This document shows positions 12,790-27,373 of a stretch of DNA of 64,000 nt, piece by piece. The stretch is from the NCBI RefSeq assembly GCF_006345805.1, contig NC_042998.1, positions 35,898,001 through 35,962,000 on the forward strand, written 5' to 3'. Numbering within the stretch: position 1 is the first letter of the stretch; every line of letters begins with the position of its first letter. The DNA is from Octopus sinensis (lineage: Eukaryota). Under the pieces are notes generated by a model. It worked only from the letters and a program-made list of their open reading frames with translations, searched no databases and had not been told where the DNA came from. A program made the position numbers and the translations under genes.

Positions 12790-12965
12790 TAAGAAGCCAT
12801 CAACTGCAGAGCTTTTTAAACATTTGAAGGAACTAGCTGTCGATGTCTATCTGCGTTTGAAAACGTATCTATTTCAAGTGAAATAAATTCACTGATTTTG
12901 AAAATAGAAATAATATAATTCTAAATCTCTCAGAGAGATTTATACAGTAGCATCACGATAAGGTG
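12790..12965 (+). mobile_element. Possible Penelope-like element 3' remnant (end of GIY-YIG domain)
   Basis: Frameshifted AELFKHLKE / SCRCLSAFENVSISSEINSLILKIEII resembles Penelope endonuclease C-termini from memory, and lies immediately upstream of a hammerhead motif. Confidence 0.35.
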
Positions 12966-12997
12966 AATGAGCATCAACAGCTAGCATGCCATGCTAC

Positions 12998-13040
12998 TCC
13001 AGACTGATGATGAGCACTGACTCTGAAACTAGTCTCTGGA
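12998..13040 (+). ncRNA. Candidate minimal type I hammerhead ribozyme in a CDC27 intron (sense strand)
   Basis: tccaga CTGATGA t-gag-cactga-ctc-t GAAA CTAG TC tctgga. Perfect 6-bp stem I, GUC triplet, palindromic stem III ACUAGU. Confidence 0.7.
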
Positions 13041-13575
13041 TGTTGGCTTTGCTGGGTGGAGGTGCTTATCTCCCCCTTTGTAAACATAAGGACTCAGGAA
13101 ATGTGTCAAGACCAACAGGAAACGGTGTTTCCTAGGGTTAAATAACAGTAGCATTCTTCCCTTTCATGGGACTGTCACATTGACAACATACTATCACTTT
13201 ATGGACATCATTATCAGCATCGTATTAAATCTGCTTTCTATGTTTCTTAGAATTAGACAGATCATTATGGTCGGGTCAGTTTGTATGTGGCATTGCTGTT
13301 CTCCTAGACTGGTCAAGCATTGGACCTTGCTTGTATGTTCTGTTTTTGGTATAGTTGCTACAGGTGGATCCCCTTTCTAATGTCAACCACTTTGTAATGT
13401 TTTTGGAGGGCCTTCTGTCATGGTGCCATCAATTTCTTTGAGAGCATGGTCTCCTCCCCAACCACAGGTCCCCTATTGGGCTGATCATCGTCTCCTGCAC
13501 GCTTAAGTTGTAATTCAAGTCCTTAATTTTAATGTCAACAGAAATAAACTTTGGCAACAATTTGAAATGAAAATA

Positions 13576-14090
13576 AAATTTGTCGAGTGATAATCTGGAT
13601 TAAAATGTAAAATTTGTTGAGTAATAATCTGGATTAAAATATGAAATTTGTCGAGTGATAATCTGGATTAAAATATGAAATTTGTCGAGTGATAATCTGG
13701 ATTAAAATATGAAATTTGTCAAGTGATAATCTGGATTAAAATAGGAAATTTGTTGAGTGATAATCTGGATTAAAATACGAAATTTGTCGAGTGATAATCT
13801 GGATTAAAATATGAAATTTGTCTAGTGATAATCTGGATTAGAATATGAAATTTGTCGAGTGATAATTTGGATTAGAATATGAAATTTGTTGAGTGATAAT
13901 CTGGATTAAAATATGAAATTTGTCAAGTGATAATCTGGATTAAATTAGGAAATTTGTCGAGTGATAATCTGGATTAAAATGTAAAATTTGTTGAGTGATA
14001 ATCTGGATTAAAATATGAAATTTGTCAAGTGATAATCTGGATTAAAATATGAAATTTGTCGAGTGATAATCTGGATTAAAATATGAAATT
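13576..14090 (+). repeat. 34-bp tandem repeat, 15 units
   Basis: aaatttgtcgagtgataatctggattaaaatatg recurring every 34 nt, no spacers. Confidence 0.97.
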
Positions 14091-14107
14091 TTCTGTTGCA
14101 TTTGCAG

Positions 14108-14264
14108 GTACATAAAAAACTTGGAAATACCCATTTAGCTCTGTCTAATTTTTCTTGGGCAATGGATCTGGATCCAAAAGGTATAAATAATCAAATTAAA
14201 GAAGGCATAGACAAACGCTATGTAACAGACGATGATGATTCTCTTGTCAAAATGAACGATCCAG
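14108..14264 (+). CDS. CDC27: CDC27 exon (VHKKLGNTHLALSNFSWAMDLDPKGINNQIKEGIDKRYVTDDDDSLVKMNDP + G)
   Basis: ttgcag|GTA acceptor, G|gtaagg donor, 157 nt. Confidence 0.96.
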
Positions 14265-15472
14265 GTAAGGTATTTTGATGCATTAATCACTGTTTTGCCT
14301 TTTATTGTATTTAAAAAAAAATTTTCTTGTTGGTTTGGAGAGAATGATGATTCAAAATCCTTTTGGACTCTCTTAGTATTGGGCTGACGGTGGATTGAAA
14401 GGTTGGAATTTCTAGTGTCCTTTGAACACCTGCAAGTTGGTGATTGGAGAGAAAATGTGAGCAGGGCAAGTGTTTTGGAAGATACACTTTTGAGATGAAA
14501 AGATTTTGACCAAATGTGACAAAAGGAGACAACTGAGCTGACATTAATGTCTGTTGATTAGAAACCCTTGTAAAAATCACCTGTGGTGGTGCTGCAATTA
14601 AAGTGCTTGTGGAAGTGCCATTTAAAGAGCACCTGTGGTGGTGCCACATAACGAGCACCTATGCTGGGGCCTCTGTAAAGTGGTGAGTGTTAGGAAGCGC
14701 ATCCGAGCTTAGAGACTATGCAAAAACTGACAATTGGAGCCTGGTGTCGCCCTCTAGATGGCCACCTCCTCTCAAACCGTCCAACCCATGCCAGCATGGA
14801 AAATAGATGTTAAATGATGAGGAATAACCATCTAATTTACTTGGAGTTAATTTAGTTTCTTTTCGATGTTCATCTTTCTGTTGGGAATTGTGTTGTTAAA
14901 TCCTAAAACTGCTTTAAACAATTCTAAAGCATTTGAAAGCGGACATAATTGATAAAGATGTTTACCCTCTCCTGTGAAAATCCGTAGGATTGGAATACAT
15001 GGAAACGATGCAATGGAAATTCTTGATTAGTTTTGTATTTTGTTGGAATCGTTCTGGCCATTTATTGATTATGTATGCACCTATTTACTTATTCCTGTCT
15101 GTGTTGAATAGTAATCAGAGCTTCATTGTACAGTCTCAGCTTGGTACTGATTCTTAATACCAATTAGTTTCAGATTGTCATCAGAGAGAGACATTCTAGA
15201 TTCAGTTGATTGTAATGCTCCAAGACCCAATCAAGTTATTTTAGCATTTAGATAACCTAATCTTTAAATGCACACAAGTGTTCTTGAGTGTTACGTATTA
15301 AGTTATGAGACTAAAGATGTGACTGTGTGGTAAGATGCTTGCTTCCCCACCTACACAACTCTGAGTTCAGTCCCACTGCATGGCACCTTGGGCAAGTGTC
15401 TTCCGCTATAGCATTGGGACAACTAAAGCCATCTGAGTGGATGTGGTTGATGGAAACTGATAGAAGCCCAGC

Positions 15473-15514
<42 letters not shown>

Positions 15515-15517
<3 letters not shown>

Positions 15518-15768
15518 TTTATGATTAGGGTTTAGCAGAGATTTGCTTCACTACATACCAAAGTTTAGAAATAGCAGTCAAAAAATCTTAGCTATTCCTT
15601 CTACTTTAAAAGGGGCTCCCAGAAAAACCAAATCCATTGTTTTCAAGTACTTTGGTTTTTCTGGGAGCCCCTTTTAAAGTAGAAGGAATAGCTAAGATTT
15701 TTTGACTGCTATTTCTAAACTTCGGTATGTGGTGAAGCAAATCTCTGCTGAACCCTAATTATAAAGTA
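15515..15768. repeat. Near-perfect foldback (118-bp arms, 18-nt loop), probably a TA-flanked MITE
   Basis: 15515-15632 is the reverse complement of 15651-15768 with 4 substitutions by my count; TA at both ends. Confidence 0.92.
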
Positions 15769-18022
15769 TTACTTAAGCTTACCATGAAATGGTCTTTTTC
15801 ATGCCGAATTCTACTTGGTGAAATTACTGATTACTTCTTAATTAATTAATTTTACCCTTTGTTATTATATATATAGGCTCCTATGCTGGTGGCACCTAAA
15901 AAGCACTATCTGAACGTGGCCGATGCCTGTGCCAGTGACATGTAAAAGCACCCACTACACTTCTGAAATGGTTGGCGTTAGGAAAGGCATCCAGCTGTAG
16001 AAACATAGCCAGATCAAATTGGAGCCTGGTGCAGCCACTAGCTCTCCAGACCTCAGTCAAACCATCCAGCCCATGTCAGCATGGAAAATAGACATTAAAC
16101 GATGATGATGACGATATATATATATATATATATATATCTCATCATCATCATCGTTTAACGTCCGTTCTCCATGCTAGCATGGGTTGGACGGTTCGACCGG
16201 GGATCTGAGAAGCCAGAAGGCTGCACCAGGCTCCAGTCTTATCTGGCAATGTTTCTACTGCTGGATGCCCTTCCTAACGCCAACCACTCCGTGAGTGTAG
16301 TGGGTGCTTTTTACGTGCCACCTGCACAGGTGCCAGGCAAGGCTGGCAACATCCACGGTCGGTTTGGTGCATTTTACGTGTCACCGGCATGGAAGCCAAT
16401 CGAGGCGGCACTGGCATCGGCCACGATTCGGATGGTGCTTTTTACGTGCCACCATCATCATCATCATCTTCGTTTAACGTCCGCTTTCCATGCTAGCATA
16501 GGTTGGACGGAGCATGGGTGATGTTGATAAGCCACAAAAATGGTGAAACATTGATGTCCATCACTCCTGAATGGAACTCTGAGTGAGTTGTCTCACCTAT
16601 CTGTGACTTTTAGGTGCTTTAACACTCGGCACTTTGAGAGAGTCATCTCCATAGCCTCAAACCGCAGCCTTCTGGTGAACAAGCAAAGCTCATTATATAT
16701 GTTCGGTAACGTGTGTGTGTGTGTGTGTGTGTCTCCTGTCACCACTTGACAACCAGTGTTGGTGTGTTTACATCCTCATAGCTTAGTGGTTTGGTAAAAA
16801 AAGACTTAAGTACCACTCTTTAGAAAACTAAGTACTGGGCTTGTTTTCATTCAGTTAAGTCTTTCAAGGCTGTGCCCCAGCATGGCCACTGTCCAGTGAC
16901 TGAAAAAAAGTAAAAGATGTCTAAGTGAAGAACTGACCGATCATTAGACAGTAATTGGTTTCATTTGTAATGAGTTTCGTTAACTCTCCTCATCCCTCTC
17001 TCACCACTTGACAAACGGTGTGTGTGCTTGTTTGGACCATCTCAGGCAATACTCGTACATTCTGTTTTTCTTTTACTTGTTTGTCATTTGACTGCGGCCA
17101 TGCTGCAGCACCACCGTTAGCTGAACAAATTTACCCCAGGACTTATTCTTTGTAAGCCTAGTATTTATTCTATTGGACCCTTTGTCTGAACCACTAAGTT
17201 ACAGGGATGTAAACACACTAACATTGGTCATCAAGCAATAGTGGGGGACAGCATAGACACACACACACACACACACACACATACGACGGGCTTCTTTCAG
17301 TTTCCGTCAACCAAATCCACTTATAAGGGCTTTGAGTGGCCTGAGGCTATAGTAAAAGACACTTGCCCAAGGTGCCATGCAGTGGGACTGAACCCAGAAC
17401 CATGTGGTTAGTAAGCAAGCTTCTTACCACACAGCCACCCCTGAGCCTATGTATATATTTATTGCAAATCAGGTAACCTGGCTGGGGGCACGAGAGATTG
17501 GATTGCAAGTATTTCATTTCTTCTACAGCCCTCACTTCACAGTTGTCAGGATTAAATATCAGATGCTTGGAAGATAACTGTGAAAGACTGGCACTTTGGT
17601 CTAGAAATAGATATCTCTTGATTACTTGATTCTGAAGAAACTGAAATTGCAGACCCAACCATCCTAAAACTATTCACTCCAAATTTCTATGTGAATGCAA
17701 AGCTAAGAATGTATATATTTAGATTCATCATCATCATCATCAAACATCTGTTTTCCATGCTGGCATGGGTCGGAATGATTCAACAGGAGCTGTCCCAGGC
17801 TGTTTAGGCATGGTTTCTATGGCTGGATGCCCTTCCTAGTGCCAACCACTTTACAGAGTTTACTGGGTGCTTTTTATGTGGCACCAGCACCACTGAGGTC
17901 ACCAAAATTAACTTGCAGGGCAAGAAAAGTGGGAGTTGTATTGAGGGTGTGTGGTTTTTATGTCAGTTGAGAAATTTAAAATGTAGAAGGGACAGATATA
18001 GGTGTCTTAGGAGTAGATACAT

Positions 18023-18074
<52 letters not shown>

Positions 18075-18225
18075 AGTAGATAGACAGCCGACAACTGATG
18101 AAGGGTCCTTTCTCTGTGTTTACTTGTCCTGCTTTCCATTTGTTTTCTCGTTTACATATTTAACCTGTTTGTTTACATGTTTCATGTTGTTTGAACCATT
18201 GGTGATGTCCTGTACCCATATATGC

Positions 18226-18269
<44 letters not shown>

Positions 18270-18841
18270 TGTTTGTGTGTAGGAGTATATATATGTAAAC
18301 ACCATATATGGGAAATGGACATAAAAAGATATTGCTGATGGTCATCAGTATAGTAATGGCCAGTTTTTCATCCATGTGATTGGTCAGATTTGATTTAAGG
18401 CAAGTTATCTCCAGCTGTTATCTGGTTTTTCTTGTCACCAATCCTCACCTCTTTCCAGTTAACAGACTTTTTTTCAATAACTGGACATGCTTGTACAGTA
18501 AATTGGAAGCCTGGAACATACTGTAAAGTGGTTGGTATTAGGAAGGGCATTCAGTGATAGAAGCCATGCCAAAGCAGTGCAGGGATGGCGGGTGGCAAGC
18601 ATGTCTTCGTTGATCAAGAGTGAAAGTTGGAGGTTCAAAGATGATCAGATACCATTGTAGTTTCAACGATAAACAAGGCCGATTGGCACTTAAGTGGCGT
18701 TTGGTTTGATGACCCATTGGGGAGTGCACATGGGAAACTATGATTGGGTCCAGAGGGAAACTTAAAAAATCTTGGGGGCCTTTCGAATCCTATCAGACTG
18801 TCCAACCCATATCAGCTTGGAATGTGGACGTTAAATGATGG

Positions 18842-18873
<32 letters not shown>

Positions 18874-19302
18874 TTTCATTTGTTGCCTTCTTTCAATGAT
18901 GATGGAAAATGTGGAATGAGTTGTGCTTTGTAAATGTAAAGACTATTCCTCAGACATGGCAAAAACATGAGATCCAAACCTGTTAGCTGCCATGTTTTCA
19001 AGTCCCTTCAAGCCCCTTCAAGTTGTTTTCCAAATCAACGTGAAGGGACTTTATTGATCTCACTTCATGCTTAAGTCTGCTTCGTTTACTTTTTGCTTAC
19101 TATTTCTCTGTCTTTTCTCTCTGGATGCGGCCATGCTGGGGCATCACCTTTGAAGAATTTTTAGTCAAATGAATCGATCCCAGGACTTATTTTTTAAAGA
19201 CTGGTGCTTATTCTGTCTCTTTTGCTGAACTGCTAAGTTAGAGGGACGTAAAGCTATCAGCACCGATTGTCAAGCGGTGAGACACACACACATGTACATC
19301 AA

Positions 19303-20146
19303 TCATCATCATCATTTAATGTCTGTTGTCCATGCTGGCATAGGGTGGATGGTTTGACCAGGGCTGGGAAGCTGGAAGGTTGCACCACACTCCAGTCCCT
19401 GATTTGGCATAGCTTCTATGGCTGGATGCCTTTCCTAACGCCAACCACTTTGAGAGTGTAATGGGTGCCTTGTATGTGTGCCATTTGCGTGATACTGGTA
19501 TCTGCCATAACTGATTTTTACCTGGCTTGGTGGCTCTTCTTTTCAAACACGACATAATGCCAAAGGTCTTGGTCATTGCCTCTATGGGGCCCAACACTTG
19601 AAAGGAGCTCGACCACTTTGCCTCCGTGAAGCTCAATGCTCGAAAGGTGCCTGCATAGCTGCTGGTTACGTGGCACCAGCATCACCCATGACTATGATTT
19701 CACTTGGGTCTTCTCAAGCACTGCATACCGCTAAAGGTCTCGGTCACAAGTCATTGCCTCTGTGAGGTCCAAAGTTTGGAGATCATGCTGCACCACATCA
19801 TCCCATGTCTTCCTGGGTCTACTTCTTCCGCAGGTTCCTTCTACAGTTAGGGAGTGGCACTTCCTCATACAGCTGTCTTCATTCATACATAACGCATGGC
19901 CATACCAGCACAGTCTCTCTTGCACACCACATTTGATGCTTCTTATGTTCCAACTTTTCTCTCAGGGTGTTTATACTCTGTCGTGTATGCACACTGACAT
20001 TACGCATCCAGCAGATCATATTAGCTTCACTTCTTTTAAGCCTCTGCATGTCCTCAGCAGTCACGGCCCATGTTTCACTGCCATGTAGCATGGCAGTTTG
20101 CACACATGCATCATACAGTCTACCGTTCATCCTGAGCGAGAGGCCC
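19303..20146 (-). mobile_element. 5'-truncated RTE-clade LINE with 3' UTR and (GAT)n tail
   Basis: ORFs 19879..20130 (RLYDACVQTAMLHGSETW) and 19731..19925 (RLCWYGHALCM...GRSRPRKTW); tail ttaaatgatgatgatg. The same 3' end is dispersed many times in the window. Confidence 0.88.
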
Positions 20147-20830
20147 TGTGTATGTATGTATATAAATATTCACAAATACACAACGGGTTTCTTTCAGCTT
20201 CTGTTTACCAAATCCTCTCAGAAGGCTTTTGTTGGCCCGTCGCTATGAGAGAAGACACTTGCCCAAGGTATCATGCAGTGGGACTGAACCTGGAAGCATG
20301 CGGCTGAGAAGCAAGCTGCTTAGCACTGAGGCAGGTCTGTGCCTAGCCACGCCCAAGTCTTTGTGGAAGATTTTGTTTTTAGCTTGTTTAGCAACCGTGG
20401 ATTAAGATCCAGGTTTTGTTTTCGTAGCTGTCTGCCCTTCCTCTCCCATTATTAACCACTTCGATGCTTCTACAGAATTGGTTCGTTTGCCTTTCTCAAG
20501 TCAAGCAGAGTTACATACCTTCTTATAGAATCTCACACAATGACTAATGACTGGCTAAAGTTATGATTCCTTAGCAATATCATCAGTCAAGTAATCCAAC
20601 ACTTGAAATCTCCCACTTATTGTGTATCTTTATTATTTCTTTGGTTGAAAAATGTCTCTCTTATCTTTGAAAAATTGTAAAAAAAAAAAAAACATCCAAC
20701 AACAAAAAAAAACTCAAGTGATATTAATAGGTTTTTATTTATTTTTTTTTACTAAATGTCTTGTTTAGATTGAGCAGGTCCATAATATTTTGTATTTATT
20801 CTCTTTCTCTCTGTTTTGCTCGTTTTGCAG

Positions 20831-20961
20831 TTGGTGTTGATGACAACGGTGGAGAGGCTGATTCTCAAGAGGCTGCTTCTCGTAGCAATTCCTCTAACAT
20901 TTCCAATATTGATCATGAGGACCTTCAACTGCAGGCCATGGAGAGCGATGAGAGTTTGTGA
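20831..20961 (+). CDS. CDC27: CDC27 terminal coding exon (VGVDDNGGEADSQEAASRSNSSNISNIDHEDLQLQAMESDESL*)
   Basis: ttttgcag|TT completes the phase-1 codon. The ending LQLQAMESDESL resembles the vertebrate CDC27 ending QLHAAESDEF as I recall it. TGA is followed by an in-frame TAG. Confidence 0.88.
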
Positions 20962-22082
20962 TAGTGGCTTACTAGTGTCGGTGGTTGGTTTGGCAGTTAG
21001 TGATGTGGTGTATGTATGCCTGTATGTACAAGGTGGGGGGGTTGGTTGGTTGCAGTTGCTGGTGGCGGCGGCACTGGGGCAGGAAGCAGAAAAGAGCAGC
21101 AGGAAGATCACAGATGGTGGCAACAACAACACATGGTCTGCTTTGTTATTAACCAAATGGAAAGATAGCAAGATGATCAATCTGCCAAACCAGATGGACA
21201 TAGGTCATTTTTTTTTTTTTTTTTGTGACTCTTTCTCTCTTCTCTCTCCTCCTCTTCCTCCTCCAAACTGTCAGAGACAGATAAACATTTCCAAATGACA
21301 GCTGATATTCAGCTTCTCGTATTGTTAGCTGAAAACTAAATGGACAGAAATTCCAAGCAAAAAAATATTACAAAAAAAAAAAATAAAAGAAAAAAATAAA
21401 AGCACACACACACATCCACACATAAACGCTCTCATACAAACAAATTGTAACACCTCCTCCACAAATAAAATATTAAAATAAATAAAAAAAAAAAATCTTT
21501 CAGGAAAACAAAAAAAAAAACCTCCCAAAAAAGAACTGAAAGAAGACGAAATATCTGCTAGGCAAATTGGTATTAGTAGATATGTGTCCAAGAATTCTGA
21601 CTTTTCCTTTTATTGTTTATTACCATAACTTCTCTCAGCCTTGTTGTTTCTACAACAACAATTGCTTTGACAGCTCAAAGGAAATAATAAATATATATAA
21701 AATAACCGATTCTTCTCTTTCTTCACCTATTTCTCTCTCACATGGCTTCTTTGTCTCCTTCATGTTCACCCTTTTCACTCTCTCCCTTATCTTATTCTTT
21801 CATTCCTTTCTCTTCTCCCTCGTCTACCTTTTAATTCCAGCGTTTTTATTGATGTAAATATTAAAACAAAACAGACTAGAAATTTGGAATGTTCATGAAA
21901 TATTTGTCTCTGATAAAGTCTTATTAATCTTAGAGTTTAGTATGGCTATTTTTGAATTTAGGACTGTAGATGACAGAATTAGCAGAAAATAAGTTTTGTG
22001 GTCAAAATACCTGATCAATTGTCTTGCAAGGTGACTCTGCCAGTGCAGGTGCCACTTAAATGCATGCAGTTCACATTGTAAA

Positions 22083-22530
22083 GTGGTTGGCATTTGGAAG
22101 GGCATCCAGCTGTAAAAACCTTGCCAAAACTGACCTCGCCTGTGCTTGTGCCACATAAAAAGCACTCGCTCCACTCTGCTGAGTGGTTGGTGTTAGGAAG
22201 GGCATCCAGTTGTAAAAACCTTGCCAAAACTGACCTCACCTGTGCTTGTGCCACATAAAAAGCACTCGCTCCACTCTGCTGAGTGGTTGGTGTTAGGAAG
22301 GGCATCCAGTTGTAAAAACCTTGTCAAAACTGACCTCACCTGTGCTTGTGCCACATAAAAAGCACTCGCTCCACTCTGCTGAGTGGTTGGTGTTAGGAAG
22401 GGCATCCAGTTGTAAAAACCTTGTCAAAACTGACCTCACCTGTGCTTGTGCCACATAAAAAGCACAAAGTCCACTCTGCTGAGTGGTTGGTGTTAGGAAG
22501 GGCATCCAGTTGTAAAAACCCTGCCAAAAC
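22083..22530 (+). repeat. 100-bp tandem repeat (about 4.5 units) derived from the RTE 3' end
   Basis: gtggttgg anchor at 22083, 22183, 22283, 22383 and 22483. Confidence 0.93.
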
Positions 22531-23692
22531 AGTCACTGAAGTCTGGTGCAGGCCAGCTCCTGTCAAACCGTCCAACCCATGCCGGCATGGAAGGCAGATG
22601 TTAAACAGTGATGATGATTAGATAGGATTTGGGTTACTGAGTTGTGGCCTTAAGTAGAAAGTATTTCTATTGATATGTGAATGTTTTGTTTAGATGTGGT
22701 GGGAGAGAAGGTTAAATGGGTTTCATTTCAGGGAATTCAATGGTTTGATTCTTTTTTTGTATCCTTCCAAAGTTGATAAAATTAAAAACTAACGGCTGAG
22801 AGGATTGACACAAATTTTCAGCAGTCATCCACCATAACAACTCAATGTTATTTGCGTTTTGCTGTGTCAGGGGTTATATGCCTTATCAAGCCTCTCCCCT
22901 CCTTCACATGTCAGTAACATGAATTGTTGGTAAGGCTGTGAACTGGCCAGAACCATTACAAAATGCTTGGCGGCATTTCGTCTGTGTTGACATTTTGAGT
23001 TCAAATTCGGCCAGAGTTGACTTTGCCTTTCATCCTTTCAGAGGTCAATCAATTAAGTACCAGTTGCATCCTGGTGTCACTGTAATCGACTAGCACCCTC
23101 ACCCCAAATTACTGGTCTTTTGCCAAAATTTGAAACAGTAATATTGTTTTGAAAGGAATTAGTGTCAGGTTCTTGGGGTCAATGCAAAGGACTTCATTCA
23201 AAATATGGGGCCTTTTGCCAACTGACCTTCAACTCTTTGGCAATTCACATTATTCTGAATTAATCATGAATCATCTCATAGCTTTGAGATTTTGATGATG
23301 TGATTGCTTAATATTTAATATTTAGAATGACATTGTAGGGTAGGTGTGAGAAGCCACAATTGGCTGCTTTGACCATCAGACACAGAATATTTTAGCCGGC
23401 CAAGGCCTGTTTCAGTACTAAAGGGTTAAAAAATTGTGGTGAGTGTAATTTTTCCAACATTACTCTTCATTAAATGACTAATAATGCTAAGTTGGTTAAC
23501 GAACAGATACGAGAAAACTTGGTTAAAACACTTTGAATATTTAAGTTGTATAATTTCAACTTCATGCCTTTCTGGAATTTGATGCCATCAATAAAATAAG
23601 TACCAATATTGTACTAGCAAGCTGAACAGAACTTTAAGCATAGTGGCTGTGTGGTAAGTAGCTTGCTTACCAACCACATGGTTTTGGGTTCG

Positions 23693-25354
<1,662 letters not shown>

Positions 25355-25809
25355 TCTCTTATTATAAAAGGCAGATTTTATCTGCCTCCCTTTGGGAGTT
25401 ATACAAATCTACAATATAGGATTTCTTCAATTACAATTTACCTAGCATTTTTAAGAGTACAATGCATCGCGTCATGCCAGGTCCAGTTTTTAAAATTTAA
25501 ACTCCAATTAAGCAAAATTTACAGAAAACTCACATTCTGGTGTGTGTGTCAAATGCTTTTCTTAGTCTGGTTTACACCACACGCAAACGCACACACACAG
25601 TGTGCAACGAATAAAATGAAACTAGATGTAATATTTGTTTCTGTCTATGACGCTGATAGATACATGAGTAAAATGTATGAGAAGCTAACACAGAAGAGTG
25701 AGTGAAAATGTTCTTGGAAGAGAGTAAATAGCGACAGAGAGTGATTTGAGGAAGACTTTACATTAAATAACCGTAGTGGCTTGTGTTAGTAATAAAGTAA
25801 ACATACACT

Positions 25810-25892
<83 letters not shown>

Positions 25893-27373
25893 ACACACAC
25901 AGTATTGAAGCTTGAGAACAATCAGATACATTTGCAACACATCTGTTGAAAATATTATTGTTCACACACATACATATACATATATACATACAGACAGATA
26001 GACACACACACACATGATCCAGCATGGCCACAACCTCAAGGCTGAAACATATAAAAGAATAACAGAATATAAATGTGTGCATGTGTGTGAGAGAGGAGTG
26101 TGTGGGTGTGTGTATGTATGTATGTATGTATATAATATAATAATGCGGTTTTTTCAACAGCTTGAACTAAAAGTCAGAGGGGAATGGGATAAACTACTTA
26201 TATTAACTTGCTATAAAAGCAGGTAGTAATTTTATCTTGTCCTTATTCATAGTGCAAGTTTTGAAGAGTGCATTCGATTTTAACAGCTATTTTTTTCAAA
26301 CCTATATTGGAAGTAACAAAGGAGCATATTTGGCATATTTTGCTTTATGAGTTCAATAAAGACAACAACGCAACGGAAAGTACAAGAAATATTAATGCAG
26401 TATATGGGGATTGGACAATAAGCGTAAGGCAGTGTCAATGGTGGTTCCAGAAATTCCGAGCCATAAACTACAGCCTAGAAGACGAGCCTCATCCTGAAAG
26501 ATCTGTAGAACTCGACAAGGACATCCTGAAAACCCTGGTGGAACAAAATCTCATCGTAACTGTTGAGGAACTAGCAGAGAAGCTTGGATTTGGTCATTCA
26601 ACCATTCATTGAGACCTGTGTGCTATCGGAAAAGTCAGCAAATTGGGTCAATGGGTTCCTCACGAACTTTCCGAGTCTAATTGCATGCAGAGAGTGAATG
26701 TATGCTTTTCTTTGCTGTCACATCTCACCACTACTGCGCTATGTATATCTATATATATAAAACTGTAGTTGTGTGAGTGTCTGTCCCCTTCGATTAGATT
26801 CCTAACTACTCCCACATTTGCGGTGCAGTTTAACCAAATTCGGGTAGCTTATAGTCGTGTGATCATATCGAGCCCGTCTGAGTATTAGCGCGCGTCTACG
26901 ATGAGTCTACGATTTAAAAAAATAATTTAACATTATTTTTTATTCCATTTTTAATGCATAATTTTCGTGTGTCGATGGCGGCGGAGTTGGCGTCCACGCT
27001 CACACCTGCACCTGTGGGGAAGAGGAGTGTAAGGAAATCAACGTCGTAATGCGTTGTCAAGGAGACCAGCGTTCTTTTAGAACAACGACTTCATGGCTTG
27101 AAGACACCAAAACAGAAATGGCTAAGAAAGCGTCTACATGAGTCTACGATTAAAAAAAAAATTTACCATCATTTTTTTTCCATTTTAATGCATTTTTTCG
27201 CTATTATATAAGGGAAGTAACTCTCTAAAAATGTCTACGATGAGTCAACGATTTAAAAAAAAATTTACCATCATATTTTTTCCATTTTTAATGCATTTTT
27301 GGCTATAACTCTCTAAAATGCTTATATAGTTATTTCCCTTACAAACCCGAGCAACGCCGGGCGATACTGCTAG
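25355..27373 (+). mobile_element. Composite non-autonomous Helitron H1 (internal second 5' end near 26748), carrying a mariner fragment
   Basis: A|TC 5' end, GC-rich hairpin cccgagcaacgccggg at 27346-27361, CTAG|T 3' end. Confidence 0.8.
26268..26735 (+). mobile_element. Mariner transposase N-terminal (HTH to WVPHEL) fragment
   Basis: EVTKEHIWHILLYEFNK...WFQKFRA..YSLEDEP...GKVSKLGQWVPHELSE. Confidence 0.9.

Larger units (their letters stand above)
2674..20961 (+). other. CDC27: CDC27/APC3 gene, 3' portion (7 coding exons, 5'-partial)
   Basis: Seven exons with GT-AG introns (phases 0,2,0,0,0,1) join in frame to AWCATGNCFSLQKEHDTAIKFFQRAIQVDPNFAYAYTLLGHEY...FSWAMDLDPKGINNQIKEGIDKRY...AMESDESL*. 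This matches my recollection of the CDC27 C-terminal TPRs. Confidence 0.97.

Noticed and set aside
13576-14090. CRISPR-like periodicity
   Set aside because: Units are contiguous with no unique spacers, there are no cas genes, and the context is a eukaryotic intron.
15155-15195. Minus-strand CTGATGA caatct GAAA
   Set aside because: Stem II cannot form and there is no matching stem I or III.
18090-18130. CTGATGAAGG as a hammerhead
   Set aside because: No stem II partner or GAAA-UH downstream.
21200-21860. CDC27 polyadenylation site
   Set aside because: Several AATAAA occur within A-rich tracts; none can be chosen without transcript data.
26268-26612. SETMAR-like host gene
   Set aside because: Mariner HTH only, with a stop and no SET domain.
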